DNA of 64,000 nucleotides from an uncultured Gemmatimonadaceae bacterium. Its GTDB lineage: Bacteria > Gemmatimonadota > Gemmatimonadetes > Gemmatimonadales > Gemmatimonadaceae. The DNA is taken from positions 896,001-960,000 of the forward strand of contig CAWHHI010000016.1 in assembly GCA_963829055.1 (NCBI GenBank), given 5' to 3'. A program made the translations under genes and the position numbers. Below the pieces are notes generated by a model. The model ran no database searches. It was not told the DNA's origin and worked only from the letters and a program-made list of their open reading frames with translations. Shown here in pieces: positions 1 to 11,129 of this stretch. Each line of letters opens with the position of its first letter. The stretch's first letter is position 1.

Positions 1-127
1 GAGCGAAGCCGGGTGCCCGCCAAAGGCGGGCGCATGAGGAATCCTCGGCTTACGTAGTAGAGGGCTCTCTACCAAGACGCCAAGGATTCCTCGACTGCGC
101 GCCTGCGGCGCTCCGCTCGGAATGACA
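1..127. repeat. REP-like palindromic element (left end cut by window edge), family ending CGCTCGGAATGAC
   Basis: Nested stems (GAGGAATCC...GGATTCCTC; GTAGAG...CTCTAC) and end CTCCGCTCGGAATGAC, which recurs at 58274-58289 and as CGCTCGGGATGAC at 2654-2666. Confidence 0.7.
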
Positions 128-199
128 GGGTGACGAAAGCGGCGACCGCTCCGTTCGCGCCCGCCGCCATCCGCCTTCCTCCGTCCGCCTGCCGAGGTC

Positions 200-1000
200 C
201 TACCGCACGACCTGCAGCGGCTGTCCGTTGCGATAGATCTCAACCGCATCCGCACGACCGTCGCGATCCTCGTCGCTCCACACCTGCAGCACCGTTCCGT
301 TCGCGTCATACCAGGTCGCCCGCTCCGGCACGCCATCACCATTGGCGTCCACCGTCTCGGATCGAAGGTCCGAGCGCCCGAGCCAGTTCTGTACGTCCAC
401 CGTGCGTACGCCAACGCGAATGAGCACCGCGCCCGTCATGGCCGGCATCTGCTGCGGGTACTGTGTGCGGTCGACCGGGCCCGTGTTGCCGCCGTTGTTG
501 CCACCGTTATTGCCACCGTTGATTACCGCCGTTGTTGCCCGAGTTGTCGCGTGCCGCCCGGATGCACACCCGATCGGATGTCCGGGTGGTAGTCGCACCA
601 GCCATCGCGGTTCTTGTCGATGCACGACGGATCGTAGGGGTGTCCGTGCGAATCCCGGCTGTAGCCGCCATTGCTGGCGTCGCGGTTCCGGCCGTTGCGT
701 CGGCCGTGGCGATCGTACCGGCTGTTCGCATTGGAGACGACCGGTTACGATCCGTGTTGTCTCCCCAGATGATCTGCGAGTTGCGCGGCTGATTGCGCAC
801 CGCGGTCTCGCAGTCGGTCGGCGCAGGCTGGTGGCCCGGCGGAACGCCGTCGATCCAGAATGCGACACATACCCGCGGGCGGACGCTGTCCGTGCGGCAC
901 GCCCTGATTTCCGCGGCCGCGGCCCTGCGCTTCAGCCGTCGTGGCCAGTACCCAGCACCGCCGCGGTAAGTCCTGTAAGAATCACGCTCGAAGCTTTCAT
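200..1000 (-). CDS. Secreted hypothetical protein with [11 protein letters not shown] motif, NNGG repeats and Asp-rich C-terminus (frameshifted)
   Basis: ATG at 1000 after GGAGGA; signal-like [32 protein letters not shown] in ORF 507-1118; GGNNGGNNGG and [15 protein letters not shown] in ORF 200-868. Confidence 0.6.
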
Positions 1001-1282
1001 CGTTGGATCCTCCCTGGAAGTGCCGCTCGAGTGGCAAGCAGACACCATCCGTAAAGCACGTGCGGTGCCAACTGCGACTGCGAATGGCACGTCGCACGGC
1101 TGGTCTCCAACTGGCCACAGACGAACGACTTACACGGCGCAGCCCGCATCCAACTCAACCGTTAGGCGTCCCCCGATCCACACGATCGCCGTCTCGCTCG
1201 CGAGACAACGCCGGCTCGGCTACAATTCACAGCCATCGCGTCGTCGCGACCGACACTTCTTTCTTCCCTCCGTCCCACCGCC

Positions 1283-2541
1283 ATGGGCACTGCCAACGCC
1301 ACGTCGTACAAGGATCTCGCCGCCTCCCACGTCCGGTGAGTCGATCACGATGCGCGACGGTCGGCTCGACGTGCCGAACGAGCCCATCGTCCCATTCATC
1401 GAGGGCGACGGCACGGGTCCGGACATCTGGCGTGCCTCACAGCACGTCTTCGACTCGGCGGTGAAGAAGGCGTATGGCGCCAAGCGGCGAATCGCGTGGT
1501 TCGAAGTGCTGGCAGGCGAGAAGTCGAAGGCGAAGCTCGACACGTATCTCCCCGACGACACGCTGATGGCCATCGACCGTCACCTCGTGGCGATCAAGGG
1601 CCCGTTAGGCACGCCGGTGGGCGGCGGCTTCCGATCGCTCAACGTGACGGTCAGGCAGAAGCTCGATCTCTACGCGTGCGTTCGTCCCGTCCGCTACTTC
1701 GCCGGCGTCCCCTCGCCGGTGAAGCGGCCGGAGGACGTGGACATGGTGATCTTCCGCGAGAACACGGAGGACATCTACGCCGGCATCGAGTACAAGGCGG
1801 AGTCGGACGCAGGCGCGGAAGCTCATTCGCTTCCTGCAGGACGAGATGGGCGTGAAGGCCATACGCTTCCCTGAGACGAGCGGTATCGGCATCAAGCCCA
1901 TCAGCGCCGAAGGCACGAAGCGGCTCGTGCGATCCGCCATCGAGCACGCGATCCTGCGCAAGTCGAAGAGCGTGACGCTCGTGCACAAGGGCAACATCAT
2001 GAAGTACACGGAGGGCGGCTTCCGCGACTGGGGCTACGAGCTCGCGAAGCAGGAGTACGGCGCCGTGGACATCGACGGTGGACCGTGGCAGCGGCTGCCT
2101 AACGGGATGGTGATCAAGGATGCGATCGCCGACGCGTTCCTGCAGCAGATCCTGACGCGCCCGACGGAGTACGACGTCATCGCCACACCGAACCTGAACG
2201 GCGACTACATCTCGGACGCGCTGGCGGCGCAGGTGGGCGGCATCGGGATCGCGCCGGGCGCGAACATCAACTACCAGACTGGCCACGCGGTATTCGAAGC
2301 CACGCACGGGACGGCGCCGAAGTACGCGAACCAGGACAAGGTGAATCCCGGGTCCGTCATCCTCTCCGGTGAGATGATGTTCCGCTACATGGGCTGGAAC
2401 GAAGCCGCGGATCTCATCATCACGAGTCTCGAGAAGGCGATCGCCCAGAAACGCGTGACGTACGACTTCGAGCGCCTCATGGAGGGCGCGACGCTGACGT
2501 CCACGAGCGGCTTCGCGAACGCGATGGTCGAGAACATGTAG
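1283..2541 (+). CDS. icd: NADP-dependent isocitrate dehydrogenase (frameshifted near 1290 and 1815)
   Basis: [18 protein letters not shown], [49 protein letters not shown] motifs across ORFs 342-1874 and 1846-2541. Confidence 0.97.
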
Positions 2542-2547
2542 GGACTG

Positions 2548-2668
2548 TTGTCATCCCGAGCGCAGCTAGCGACGAGGCCTTCCGGTGATGTCATCGTAGC
2601 CAGTCCGGCCACGAGTCCTTCAGCGACGCCTCATGTGCGCCTCGCGGGCCCCGCGCTCGGGATGACAA
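2548..2668. repeat. REP-like inverted-repeat element between convergent genes
   Basis: 16-bp terminal inverted repeat TTGTCATCCCGAGCGC ... GCGCTCGGGATGACAA. Confidence 0.8.
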
Positions 2669-2674
2669 AGGGGC

Positions 2675-4231
2675 CTAGTTCACCGTCGCACCGTACGAGT
2701 ACGTCTCCGCCGACCCCTCCGTTCCCACGATCGCCGGCACGAGCGTGATCTTCGACCACTTCGTGCCGAAGTTGGCGATCGAGATCGAACCAGCACTCGA
2801 CCCGTCGAGCGAAATCGGATAGACGGTCGGCATCCCGCCGGTCCTCGGCGTCGCGATGACGAGTGCACGCCACGCGAAGCCATCGGCACCGTCGAACGTG
2901 AGGGTGAGCGTTCCGGTACCGGCCGGCAAGAACTCTACGAAGTTCGCTCCGCCGTACGCCCACGGCGCGCCATTGCCGACCTTCTTCGTGCCCGGGGCGA
3001 TCGACACGCTGACCGGGTAAGCGTTGTGCGTCGCCGCGATGACGTTCGTCGGTAGCGGAATGACCGTCGGTGCGTCCGACGTGAAGTCGTTGATGCCAAG
3101 CGTGTACTCGGCGGCGGCAAAGTTCTTCAGCGGCTCCCACGTGCCTCCGAAGGCGGTCGAGTCGAATCGCGTCACGCATCGTGTTGGTCTTCGCCGCCAG
3201 CCAGATCTGACGCTGGATGTCCGCGCCGTACGTCTCGCTGAGCCAGTTCTGGAAGTACGCCGCGCCGTACAGGAAGCGGCTGAACAGCGGAAGGTCGGGC
3301 GTCGCGAGGAACCTGTTGATGTACCAGTGCCAGTCGTTCACGCCGTCGTACACGGCGTCTTCCGCCCACGTCGCGTGCGACTCCATCAGCCAGCCTGACT
3401 GCAGCACGTTCATGTTGAACTGGATGGCGTGCATGAACTCGTGCGCCTGCGTGACCTTGAGCGCGCCGCTGCGGACGGTCTCCGCGCCCGTGACATCCTC
3501 GTCGTTAGGCGGGAACCCGTCGTAGAAGTCGTTCTCGACCACGATGTAGGCGCTCGCCGTGCCGAGCGGGACGGGGCTCGTCGCCTGTACGGTTACGTTT
3601 TCCGGGTAGGTCGCACCGTAGTACGTCGTCAGGTCCTTGTAGTACACGTGGAACTTCTGCGCCGGCGTCCCGACCGGTGGTGGGTATCGGAGCTCGACGA
3701 TCTCCCGCTGCCACACCGCCTCGAGGCTCCTGGCAGCGACGTCAATGAAATCGGGGATCCGGTTCTTGTTCGCGTCGAGCGTCGGAACCGAGTGGTTCCC
3801 GATCGTCGTGTAATGCAGGACGAAGTGCGGCGTCTCGAACGTTTGAGACAGGTTGCCCAGCCCCTTGGCGCGCAGGTCGAGGATCTGCTGCTGGGTCGAC
3901 TTGGAGAGCGAGCTCCAGTCGCGGGCCATCTGCACGAGCGAGTACGTCGCGTCCTTTCCGATGACCGACGAGCGGTACTTGGCGGGCAGCTGATCGGATC
4001 GCTGAGGGCCGCCTCGCGGTAGACGTTGGCGTTCTGCTTGTCCAGCGCCCCGCCGGAATAGTCGTCCTCGACGAGTTCGAGTGACGTCTTGCCGTTGCCG
4101 CCCTGCATGGCGACTGGGGACACGCTCACGGTCCGCGGCGCAGCAGGCGTCGTCGGCTCGTTAGGCAGATCCGTACAGGACGCGGCAACGACCACCAGCA
4201 ATGCGACACCACCGACGAATCGAGAACGCAT
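2675..4231 (-). CDS. Lipoprotein with zincin-type putative metalloprotease domain (MXAN_6640-like), frameshifted
   Basis: MRSRFVGGVALLVVVAASC lipobox; FETPHFVLHY, AHEFMHAIQ (HExxH), WLMESHATWAED; C-terminal part in ORF 2675-3175. Confidence 0.75.
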
Positions 4232-4531
4232 GCACCCTCCACAATGAACGGCGACGCGGGCGCCCGAGCGGCTCCCGCCGCGCGTTACTGAACGGGCGGT
4301 CACACGGCGTGTCAAGGTTCCGGAGCGTCCGGGCCCGTCACAGGACGGGTGGGCCCGCTCTTGCAATGAAGGCCGGGTTGCGGTGCCACTTCGGCGGCTA
4401 TTGGCAGACTCGTGGCTGCGAAGCAGCCACGGCGGTAATACATTGCGTTCCTAGTATCCGAGCGTTGTGGGCGGCCCTCTGATTGCGGCCGTTGTGTTTA
4501 GCGCTCACCAACCAGGTGAATTGGAGGTCGA

Positions 4532-5276
4532 GTGGCGCTTCGCGATGAGCTGGAACGCTCCGGGACGTGGCTGTTTCGTTGGCGGGGCTACCTGCCACTT
4601 CTCCTGTTCGTGCCCGTGTTGGCAGGGCTGTCGGAATCGTCGACAGCGCCGCTCGGCTCCGGGATGGACACGCTGTGGGAAGCGTTCTGCTGCGTGGTGG
4701 GCCTTCTCGGCCTCGCGATTCGTGTCGCGACCGTTGGTCGTGCACCTGGCGGCACGTCCGGCCGGCGCACGCTCGGCGGCCCAAAAGCATCGCAGCTGAG
4801 CACGACCGGGATGTATTCGGTCGTGCGACACCCGCTATACCTCGGGAACTACTTCCAGTGGCTCGGCGTCGCGATGCTCCCGCGGAACCCGTGGGTGGCC
4901 ATCACGGTGAGCCTCGTGTTCTGGATCTATTACGAACGGATCATGTTCGCGGAGGAGGAATATCTCCGACGCACGTTCGGCGCGGAGTTCGAACAGTGGG
5001 CATCGCGCACGCCCGCGTTCATTCCGGATTTCGCCCACTGGATTCCCGCTGCGCTGCCGTTCTGCTGGCGGACGGCCGTGCGCCGCGAAAACTCCGGGAT
5101 GTTCGCGTTCGTCGCCGCCATCACGTTCGTCGGCCTCGTGCAGGACGTCGTGATCGCGCGACGCTTCGCTACCCGACCCGTTCTGGTCCGCGACGTTCGC
5201 GACGGGTGCTCTGACGTACGTCACTCTGCTGCTCGTAGGCCGCCGGACGAGTCTCCTGCGGGTTCCAGGCCGGTGA
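4532..5276 (+). CDS. Isoprenylcysteine carboxyl methyltransferase family membrane protein (lipid A phosphate methyltransferase-like)
   Basis: LSTTGMYSVVRHPLYLGN, YERIMFAEEEYL, TPAFIP; last TM helix continues after a frameshift near 5180 to TGA 5274-5276. Confidence 0.85.
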
Positions 5277-5310
5277 CTCGTTAGGACGTTCGCGGTCGTG
5301 TGAGACGGCG

Positions 5311-5691
5311 TTAGGTGCGCACGGCGGCGATCGCCTGAATCTCGATCTGGTAGCCGTAGTGAAGGTCCTTCACCGGTACTACGGCCCGCGCGGGACGGTG
5401 GGCGCCCATGATACGTGCGTACGTGGTGTTGACGCCGCCCCACAGCTCAATGTCCGACACGTAGATGGTCATCTGCAGCACCTGATCGAGCCCGCTGCCC
5501 GCGGCGACGAGAATCGCCTCGACGTTGCGCAACGTTCGCTCCGTTTGCTGTTCGATCGAGCCCACCGTTCGGTCGCTGCTCTTCGGATCGATCGGAAGCT
5601 GTCCCGCGACGTAGACGACGCCGTTATGCACGATCGCCTGCGAGTAGTGGCCGGCTGCGGTGGGCGCGTCGCGCGTTTCGATCGCTTGCAT
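5311..5691 (-). CDS. ridA: RidA/YjgF/UK114 family enamine/imine deaminase
   Basis: APTAAGHYSQA, VAGQLPIDP, HRPARAVV, IEIQAIA. Confidence 0.93.
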   Translation of the reverse strand: MQAIETRDAPTAAGHYSQAIVHNGVVYVAGQLPIDPKSSDRTVGSIEQQTERTLRNVEAILVAAGSGLDQVLQMTIYVSDIELWGGVNTTYARIMGAHRPARAVVPVKDLHYGYQIEIQAIAAVRT

Positions 5692-5700
5692 TGTCGTATC

Positions 5701-7056
5701 CTATGAAGTGATGGACGTGTCTCGAGGCGCGCCCGCGATCGTGCCGCGGCACTCGCCGAACCCAATGCGCGCGAAGCCATCTCGCTCGCAGAACCCGCGG
5801 AAGACGACTTCGTCGCCGTCTTCGAGAAACCGGCGCTGCTCACCGGTCGGAAGCATGACGGGCTCCGTGCCTCGCCACGCCAGTTCCAGCAGACAACCGC
5901 GAGAGTCCTTCGTCGGCACCGGACACCGTCCCACTGGCGATGAGATCGCCCGGCGGTCAGGTTACATCCGTTGCTCGCGTGGTGCGTGACGAGCTGCGCG
6001 AGCGTCCAGTACATCTCCGTGAACCGGACGCGACTGAGGCGCACTGCGCTCACGCTCTCACGCCGCATTCGCTCCGAGCGAATCCAGACCTCGAGCTGAA
6101 TGTCGATGCCGCCCCCGGCGTCGTTCGACGTGTGACGCCAGATACGGCAGCGGCGCAGGATCACCAGCAGCTCGCGCGAAGGCCGGTGCGCGAAACGGCG
6201 CCAATGCGTCGATCGTCACGACCCACGGCGATACGGTGGTCGCGAAGTTCTTCGCCAGGAACGGTCCGAGCGGCTGATACTCCCAGCTCTGAAGGTCGCG
6301 CGCCGACCAGTCGTTCACGAGGCAGAGCCCGAACATGCGCTCTTCCGCCTCCTCGAGCGGGATGGTGTGGCCGAGTTGGTTTCCGCTTCCGATGAACGCG
6401 CCGACTTCGAGCTCGTAGTCGAACCGCCGACTCGGTCCGAACGTCGGCTCGGCATCCGCGTCGCCTTTCGATTGCCCGCGCGGCCGCACTATCCGCGAAC
6501 CGCTCGCACGATGGACGACGCACGGCCGTGGTAGCCGATCGGGACGTACTTGTAGTTAGGCAGCAGCGGATTGTCGGGTCGGAACATGCTGCCGACGTTC
6601 GTGGCGTGGTGAATCGACGCGTAGAAGTCGGTGTAGTCGCCGATGGCCGCCGGGACGAGCATCTCGACATTGGCCGCGTTCACGAGGAAGTCGGCCGCCG
6701 CATCGCGCGCGCGCGCCGCCCTGATCCGTGTCCGCCCGCAGCAGATCGACGAGCCCGCCACGGAGGGCGCGTCGCGCGGCAGCACCAGCCGCCATCAACG
6801 GAGTTGAGCGTTCCGCCGGCACACAACCGGGCAGCGTCGCGTGCTGCACCCGTCACGAGACCGAGCCGTACCAACGCGTCGACGACGAGCACCTGGTCGC
6901 CGATGGCGACGCCGACTCGCGGCGTCTCGCTACCGCCACCGCGGAACACGCCTAACGGGAGATTCTGAATCGGGAAGTCTGTCGCCGCGATCGTTCGCTG
7001 AGTCCACCCAGGAGCGCAGGTCGGCGCGATGTGTTTCGTCGACCACGTCAGAGCAT
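5701..7056 (-). CDS. fahA: Fumarylacetoacetase (multiply frameshifted)
   Basis: [79 protein letters not shown]. Confidence 0.93.
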
Positions 7057-8000
7057 TCCGAGTGCGGTGAGGTCGTCGAGCGGCTCACGGAACGAGCAGG
7101 ACCCGAAGGACACCATTGCGAGCTGTCGCGCCTCGGCAAGCTGCTCGTTCGTGAACCGATGCTGGCGCCACGACACGCCGTCGTCGTGACAGTCGCACGG
7201 CGTCTGGCGATCGCTCCTCGATGAGTTCGCGCGCCGTCGCGGGATCGCCACCGCGTTGAAGAAGAACCGACGCCAGAAACAGGTTCAGGAAACCGTACAT
7301 CGTTCCGCGAGCGCTGTCGGTCGCGTACGTGAGCGCGTAATCACCACGCAGTGGGTGGTGAAGTCCGGCAGTCGCCTTGAATGCCACTCGCTTCGCTCGA
7401 CGCACGCGACGAGAAATCGCACGAGATCGTCGCTCGACGGAAACGCATCCGGAGTCGTTCCGCCTGTTCGTACCTTGGCGATGCACGGCTGCGCCGCAAC
7501 GGCGCGGACGAGCGGTCGAGGGATCGCCGGCGATGGGAATCTCCACGAAGCATTGCATCGAGCCGCCGGACAGCCTGCGCCGCTGCCGCAACGGCGTCAG
7601 GCGTGGACGCCCGGACTTCGATCGAATCAACGCGACCCAGCCACGCCTCGCCGGATTCCTCCTGCGCCGCATTGAACGCGTGCACGAGCGCCATGTCCTG
7701 GCGCGACACTGGCGCCCAGGAGCGCGCTCAGGCGCCAGGGACGCACCGCGATGCCTAACGAGCGCGCGCTGCGGCGGCGTCCGCGGCCGCCGCGTCGGCC
7801 AACTCGGCGAGCCGCGCCGCCGGAACCACGAAGCGACCGAGGGCCCAGCTGTCCGCCGAGTCGAGGTACGCGGCGTACTCCGCGACGGCGCCGGGCATGT
7901 CGAGTTGCGCCGGCGGAAACAGCCCCGCGTAGTCGATGGCGTCCGCGAGAAGCACCCGCACCGCGGGCCCGTCTCGCACGACGCGGTGCGCCGTCGTCAC
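7048..8000 (-). CDS. Conserved hypothetical protein upstream of fahA (frameshifted)
   Basis: [11 protein letters not shown]-terminus, [29 protein letters not shown]. Confidence 0.75.
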
Positions 8001-8007
8001 GTGTGGA

Positions 8008-8571
8008 TCACTTCTTGGCGCGCGGCGTCTTTTTCGGCGCCAGGATCGTCCCGCGACACGTCGGCGCGCCGCACTTGCAGACGTAGAGCTTCTCCCACTC
8101 TTCGTCCTCGGTGCCGTCGCGCTCGTACGCGTAGTCGTACGTCAGCTCGTCGCCTTCGGCGATGTCGCGGATAGCCTCGATGTAGATGCGCTGCTTGTCA
8201 TCGATCGCTTCGCAGTTCGGCGCGCAACTGTGGTTGATGAAACGCGCGTCGTTGCCGCCGACGGCGGCATCGATCACCATCGACCGGCCGACGCTGAACA
8301 GGAAGGTGTGATGACGCCCCATGCCGGAATCGTCATAACGCTTGTCGGCTTCCTTATGGGAGATGCGTTCTCCGACGTACTCGATGATGCGCGTGCCTTT
8401 CTTGATCGGGCGAGTGGCGAAGGCGCCACGTCCCTGGATCTTCGAGCGGCGCAGCTCGAAATACTTGTTGGGCTTCGGCGCGGCGGATTTGGCGGCCGCA
8501 GGCTTCGCCTTGGACTTGGCGGCCGACGTGGTCCGCTTTCGCTTCGTGGTTGCAGGAGTGCTGGAGGCCAT
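8008..8571 (-). CDS. SET-domain protein-lysine methyltransferase with post-SET Cys motif
   Basis: SKIQGRGAFA, ARFINHSCAPNC, ELTYDY, CKCGAPTCRG; Lys/Ala-rich N-terminal tail. Confidence 0.92.
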   Translation of the reverse strand: MASSTPATTKRKRTTSAAKSKAKPAAAKSAAPKPNKYFELRRSKIQGRGAFATRPIKKGTRIIEYVGERISHKEADKRYDDSGMGRHHTFLFSVGRSMVIDAAVGGNDARFINHSCAPNCEAIDDKQRIYIEAIRDIAEGDELTYDYAYERDGTEDEEWEKLYVCKCGAPTCRGTILAPKKTPRAKK

Positions 8572-9057
8572 TTCGCTATGAAGGTGAAGTCTCGACGACG
8601 CGCGCAAAATGCCCAACCCCGTGCGCCGATGCTAGCGGTCGCGTGTGGATGTGTAGCGATTGCCGCCCGCAGCGCGATCGCTCAGCGATCGCGTGTCGCG
8701 CGACCGCGATCCTGATCGGGCTCCTGCGGCGCTGCTCTCGTGGCGCCACTGCGGTCGCGGCGCGTTGTTTCCGAATCGGCATGTTCGTCGGTGCCGCGTG
8801 GAATGTCGCGACCGTCAGCCGGCTCCGCGGGTTCATCGCGTTTGGTGTCTCGCTCGCTCACGGGTACTGCTCCTCGAGGTAGGAGCTTCTCCGGCGGGCA
8901 GACGGTATGCCACGGTCATGCATAGCCAACTGGCGCGGGCTGCGACATCTTCCTGACCAACTCGCCAGGCCCGGGATTAGCGCGACGCGCTTCGGAACAT
9001 TCGCTGCACTTCCGGTCTCTAACGATTCGTAGGACACAAACCATTCCGGAGGAGTCG

Positions 9058-9408
9058 ATGTTCACACGGCGCCATTTCATCGTCGTGACACTCGGTCTCA
9101 CGCTCGCCGCGTGCGGCGGGTCGAAAAAGGGGTCAGCGCCGGTGCCGCAGCCCCGGACGAGCATCCGCATCGAGAATCAAGGGTTCTCCGACATGACGAT
9201 ATACGCGATTCGAAGCGGCCAGCGCGTGCGCCTCGGCAACGCACCGGGGAACTCCACCACGACTTTCACGATCCCGTCGAATCTCATTTTCGGCGCGACG
9301 CCGTTGCGCTTCCTCGCCGATCCCATCGGCAGCAACCGCACGCCAGTGAGCGACGAGATCACGGTACAGCCGGGCGATCAGGTGCGCCTGGTGCTCCCAC
9401 CACGGTAA
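9058..9408 (+). CDS. Small lipoprotein
   Basis: GGAGGAG RBS; LGLTLAAC lipobox; intact 116-aa ORF. Confidence 0.8.
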   Translation: MFTRRHFIVVTLGLTLAACGGSKKGSAPVPQPRTSIRIENQGFSDMTIYAIRSGQRVRLGNAPGNSTTTFTIPSNLIFGATPLRFLADPIGSNRTPVSDEITVQPGDQVRLVLPPR

Positions 9409-9436
9409 TCGCGGGCGATCACGTACAATCGAAACG

Positions 9437-9484
9437 CGATGCACGAGGGGCCCGGTGATTTTTCACCGGGCCCCTCGTGCATCG
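9437..9484. terminator. Bidirectional hairpin between convergent genes
   Basis: CGATGCACGAGGGGCCCGGTGA-TTTT-TCACCGGGCCCCTCGTGCATCG perfect stem. Confidence 0.85.
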
Positions 9485-10185
9485 GCCGCAGGACCGTCCG
9501 TGTTCGTATCAGCGCGGGAACGTCGGGCGCCGCGGATACCGGCCGCCGTTCGGGACGCCACGCCGATCGGAACGCGCGAATCGGGGATCACCACTGTCCC
9601 GCCTCGCCCACGTCCCTCGGTACGCGGGTCGCAGTGATCGATACCGCCCCCGCCGCCGCGGATGACCGCGACACCGATGATCGTCCCGATCGCCTCGCCA
9701 ATGCCGCCCAGACCACCGCCACGCGAGCCACCGCCGACGCCGCCACTACCTACGTCAGTGGACGCCGGCGCGCTGCCGACCGGGGTCGGACGCGGGGTCA
9801 CGGCCACGTTGGTTGGCGTGTCGATCGTCGGAGCTGGAGCCTCGGTAGACGGCGTCGGCTCGGCGACGTCGACCTTGTTCTCAGGCGCCGGATCCGGAGC
9901 CTTGGCGACTTCCTGCTGCGTCGCAGCCGTGTGGTGCACGACCGGACGACGCACGTTGCGACGGCGAACCGGTGCGCTCGTTGCCGGCGATTCTATCGCC
10001 GACACGAATCGCGCCGGCTGATATTCGCGTGACGTCGATGCGAGCTCGACACTGGATGCCGTTGCCGCCGCCAGATCGCGCTGGAGATCAGCGCTGAGCG
10101 CCGTCTGCTCGTTGGAGTTCCCACGCCCGCATGCAACGGCCAATGCGGCGACGGGTAGCACCGAGAGTTTCACGAAGTTTCTCAC
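9463..10185 (-). CDS. Pro/Thr/Gly-rich lipoprotein (true stop probably ~9508 after a frameshift)
   Basis: GAGGAGG RBS, GTG start, LAVAC lipobox, ADLQRDL segment, VIRGGGGGIDHCDP. Confidence 0.7.
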   Translation of the reverse strand: MRNFVKLSVLPVAALAVACGRGNSNEQTALSADLQRDLAAATASSVELASTSREYQPARFVSAIESPATSAPVRRRNVRRPVVHHTAATQQEVAKAPDPAPENKVDVAEPTPSTEAPAPTIDTPTNVAVTPRPTPVGSAPASTDVGSGGVGGGSRGGGLGGIGEAIGTIIGVAVIRGGGGGIDHCDPRTEGRGRGGTVVIPDSRVPIGVASRTAAGIRGARRSRADTNTDGPAADARGAR

Positions 10186-10469
10186 GTAACCTCCTCGCAT
10201 CGTTCCGACCACTGACCCGCGGTCATCCCAACGACACTGCTGTACAAAAAGGTATAGTGTGAATGCACACCATGCACCATCAATTGATCAACTCATCGCG
10301 CCTCTAACGCGCGGCGGCGTCCACTCACGCGGACAAGCCGGTGTCCGAATTCCCGGACGCGCCACCCGCTGGAACCGCGTTGGAACGCGTTGGCTCGATG
10401 GGCGTACACTTGCTGGTTGCCGCGTTGATTCGACCTCATCCTGCCGCTCCCCTCGCCTCTTCGCCTCCC

Positions 10470-11036
10470 ATGCGCCGGCCACATCGCCGTCTGGCCCTCC
10501 TCGCCGTCACCGCCGCGGTCTCCGCGTTCGCGACGTTTGCCTGCCAACCAACGTCGGCCGCCACGCTCACGCCGGCGCAGCGCAAAGCCATCGGCGACTC
10601 ACTCACGGCGATGATCCGTTCCGCCTACGACCTCAAGTCGAAGGATGTCGTCGGGCGGTTCATGAGTCTATACCCCGATAGCGGCCGCGTGATCTCCGCC
10701 AGCGGCGGTCGCGTCACGACGACGCACGCCGCAGTGGAATCGGGGATCAAGGCGTTCTGGGAAAATGTCGGGCGGAACATGCAGGATCCGACGTGGATCT
10801 GGGGCACCCCCGAAGTCGATGTGCTGTCTCCGGACGCGGCTGCCGTGACCATGACCTACCGGATACCCCACCGCACTCCCGCCGGAGACCCGCACACCGT
10901 GGCCGGAGCGTGGACGGCGGTGTTCGCCCGGCGTGCCGGGAAATGGGTCATCGTGCAGGAACACCTCTCGGAGATGCCGGCGGAGTTGCTCGCCGCCGAC
11001 ACCAGTGACGCGCCGCCGGCGCACGCGCACCACTAG
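10470..11036 (+). CDS. NTF2-like/SnoaL (DUF4440-type) lipoprotein
   Basis: ATFAC lipobox; VDVLSPDAAAVT, GAWTAVFARRAGKWVIVQEHLS. Confidence 0.8.
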   Translation: MRRPHRRLALLAVTAAVSAFATFACQPTSAATLTPAQRKAIGDSLTAMIRSAYDLKSKDVVGRFMSLYPDSGRVISASGGRVTTTHAAVESGIKAFWENVGRNMQDPTWIWGTPEVDVLSPDAAAVTMTYRIPHRTPAGDPHTVAGAWTAVFARRAGKWVIVQEHLSEMPAELLAADTSDAPPAHAHH

Positions 11037-11044
11037 TGAGCAGA

Positions 11045-11092
11045 TGTTGAGAGCAGGCGATCTGGCTACAGAGCCGCCGCCTGCTCTCGACA
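11045..11092. terminator. Hairpin between convergent genes
   Basis: TGTTGAGAGCAGGCG ... CGCCTGCTCTCGACA. Confidence 0.65.
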
Positions 11093-11129
11093 GCCTAACG
11101 CGCAGTCCACTCGCGGGCGCAGTCCGGAC

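Noticed and set aside
8576..8860. Possible small ORF upstream of the SET gene
   Set aside because: Arg-rich with no recognisable features; cannot be supported
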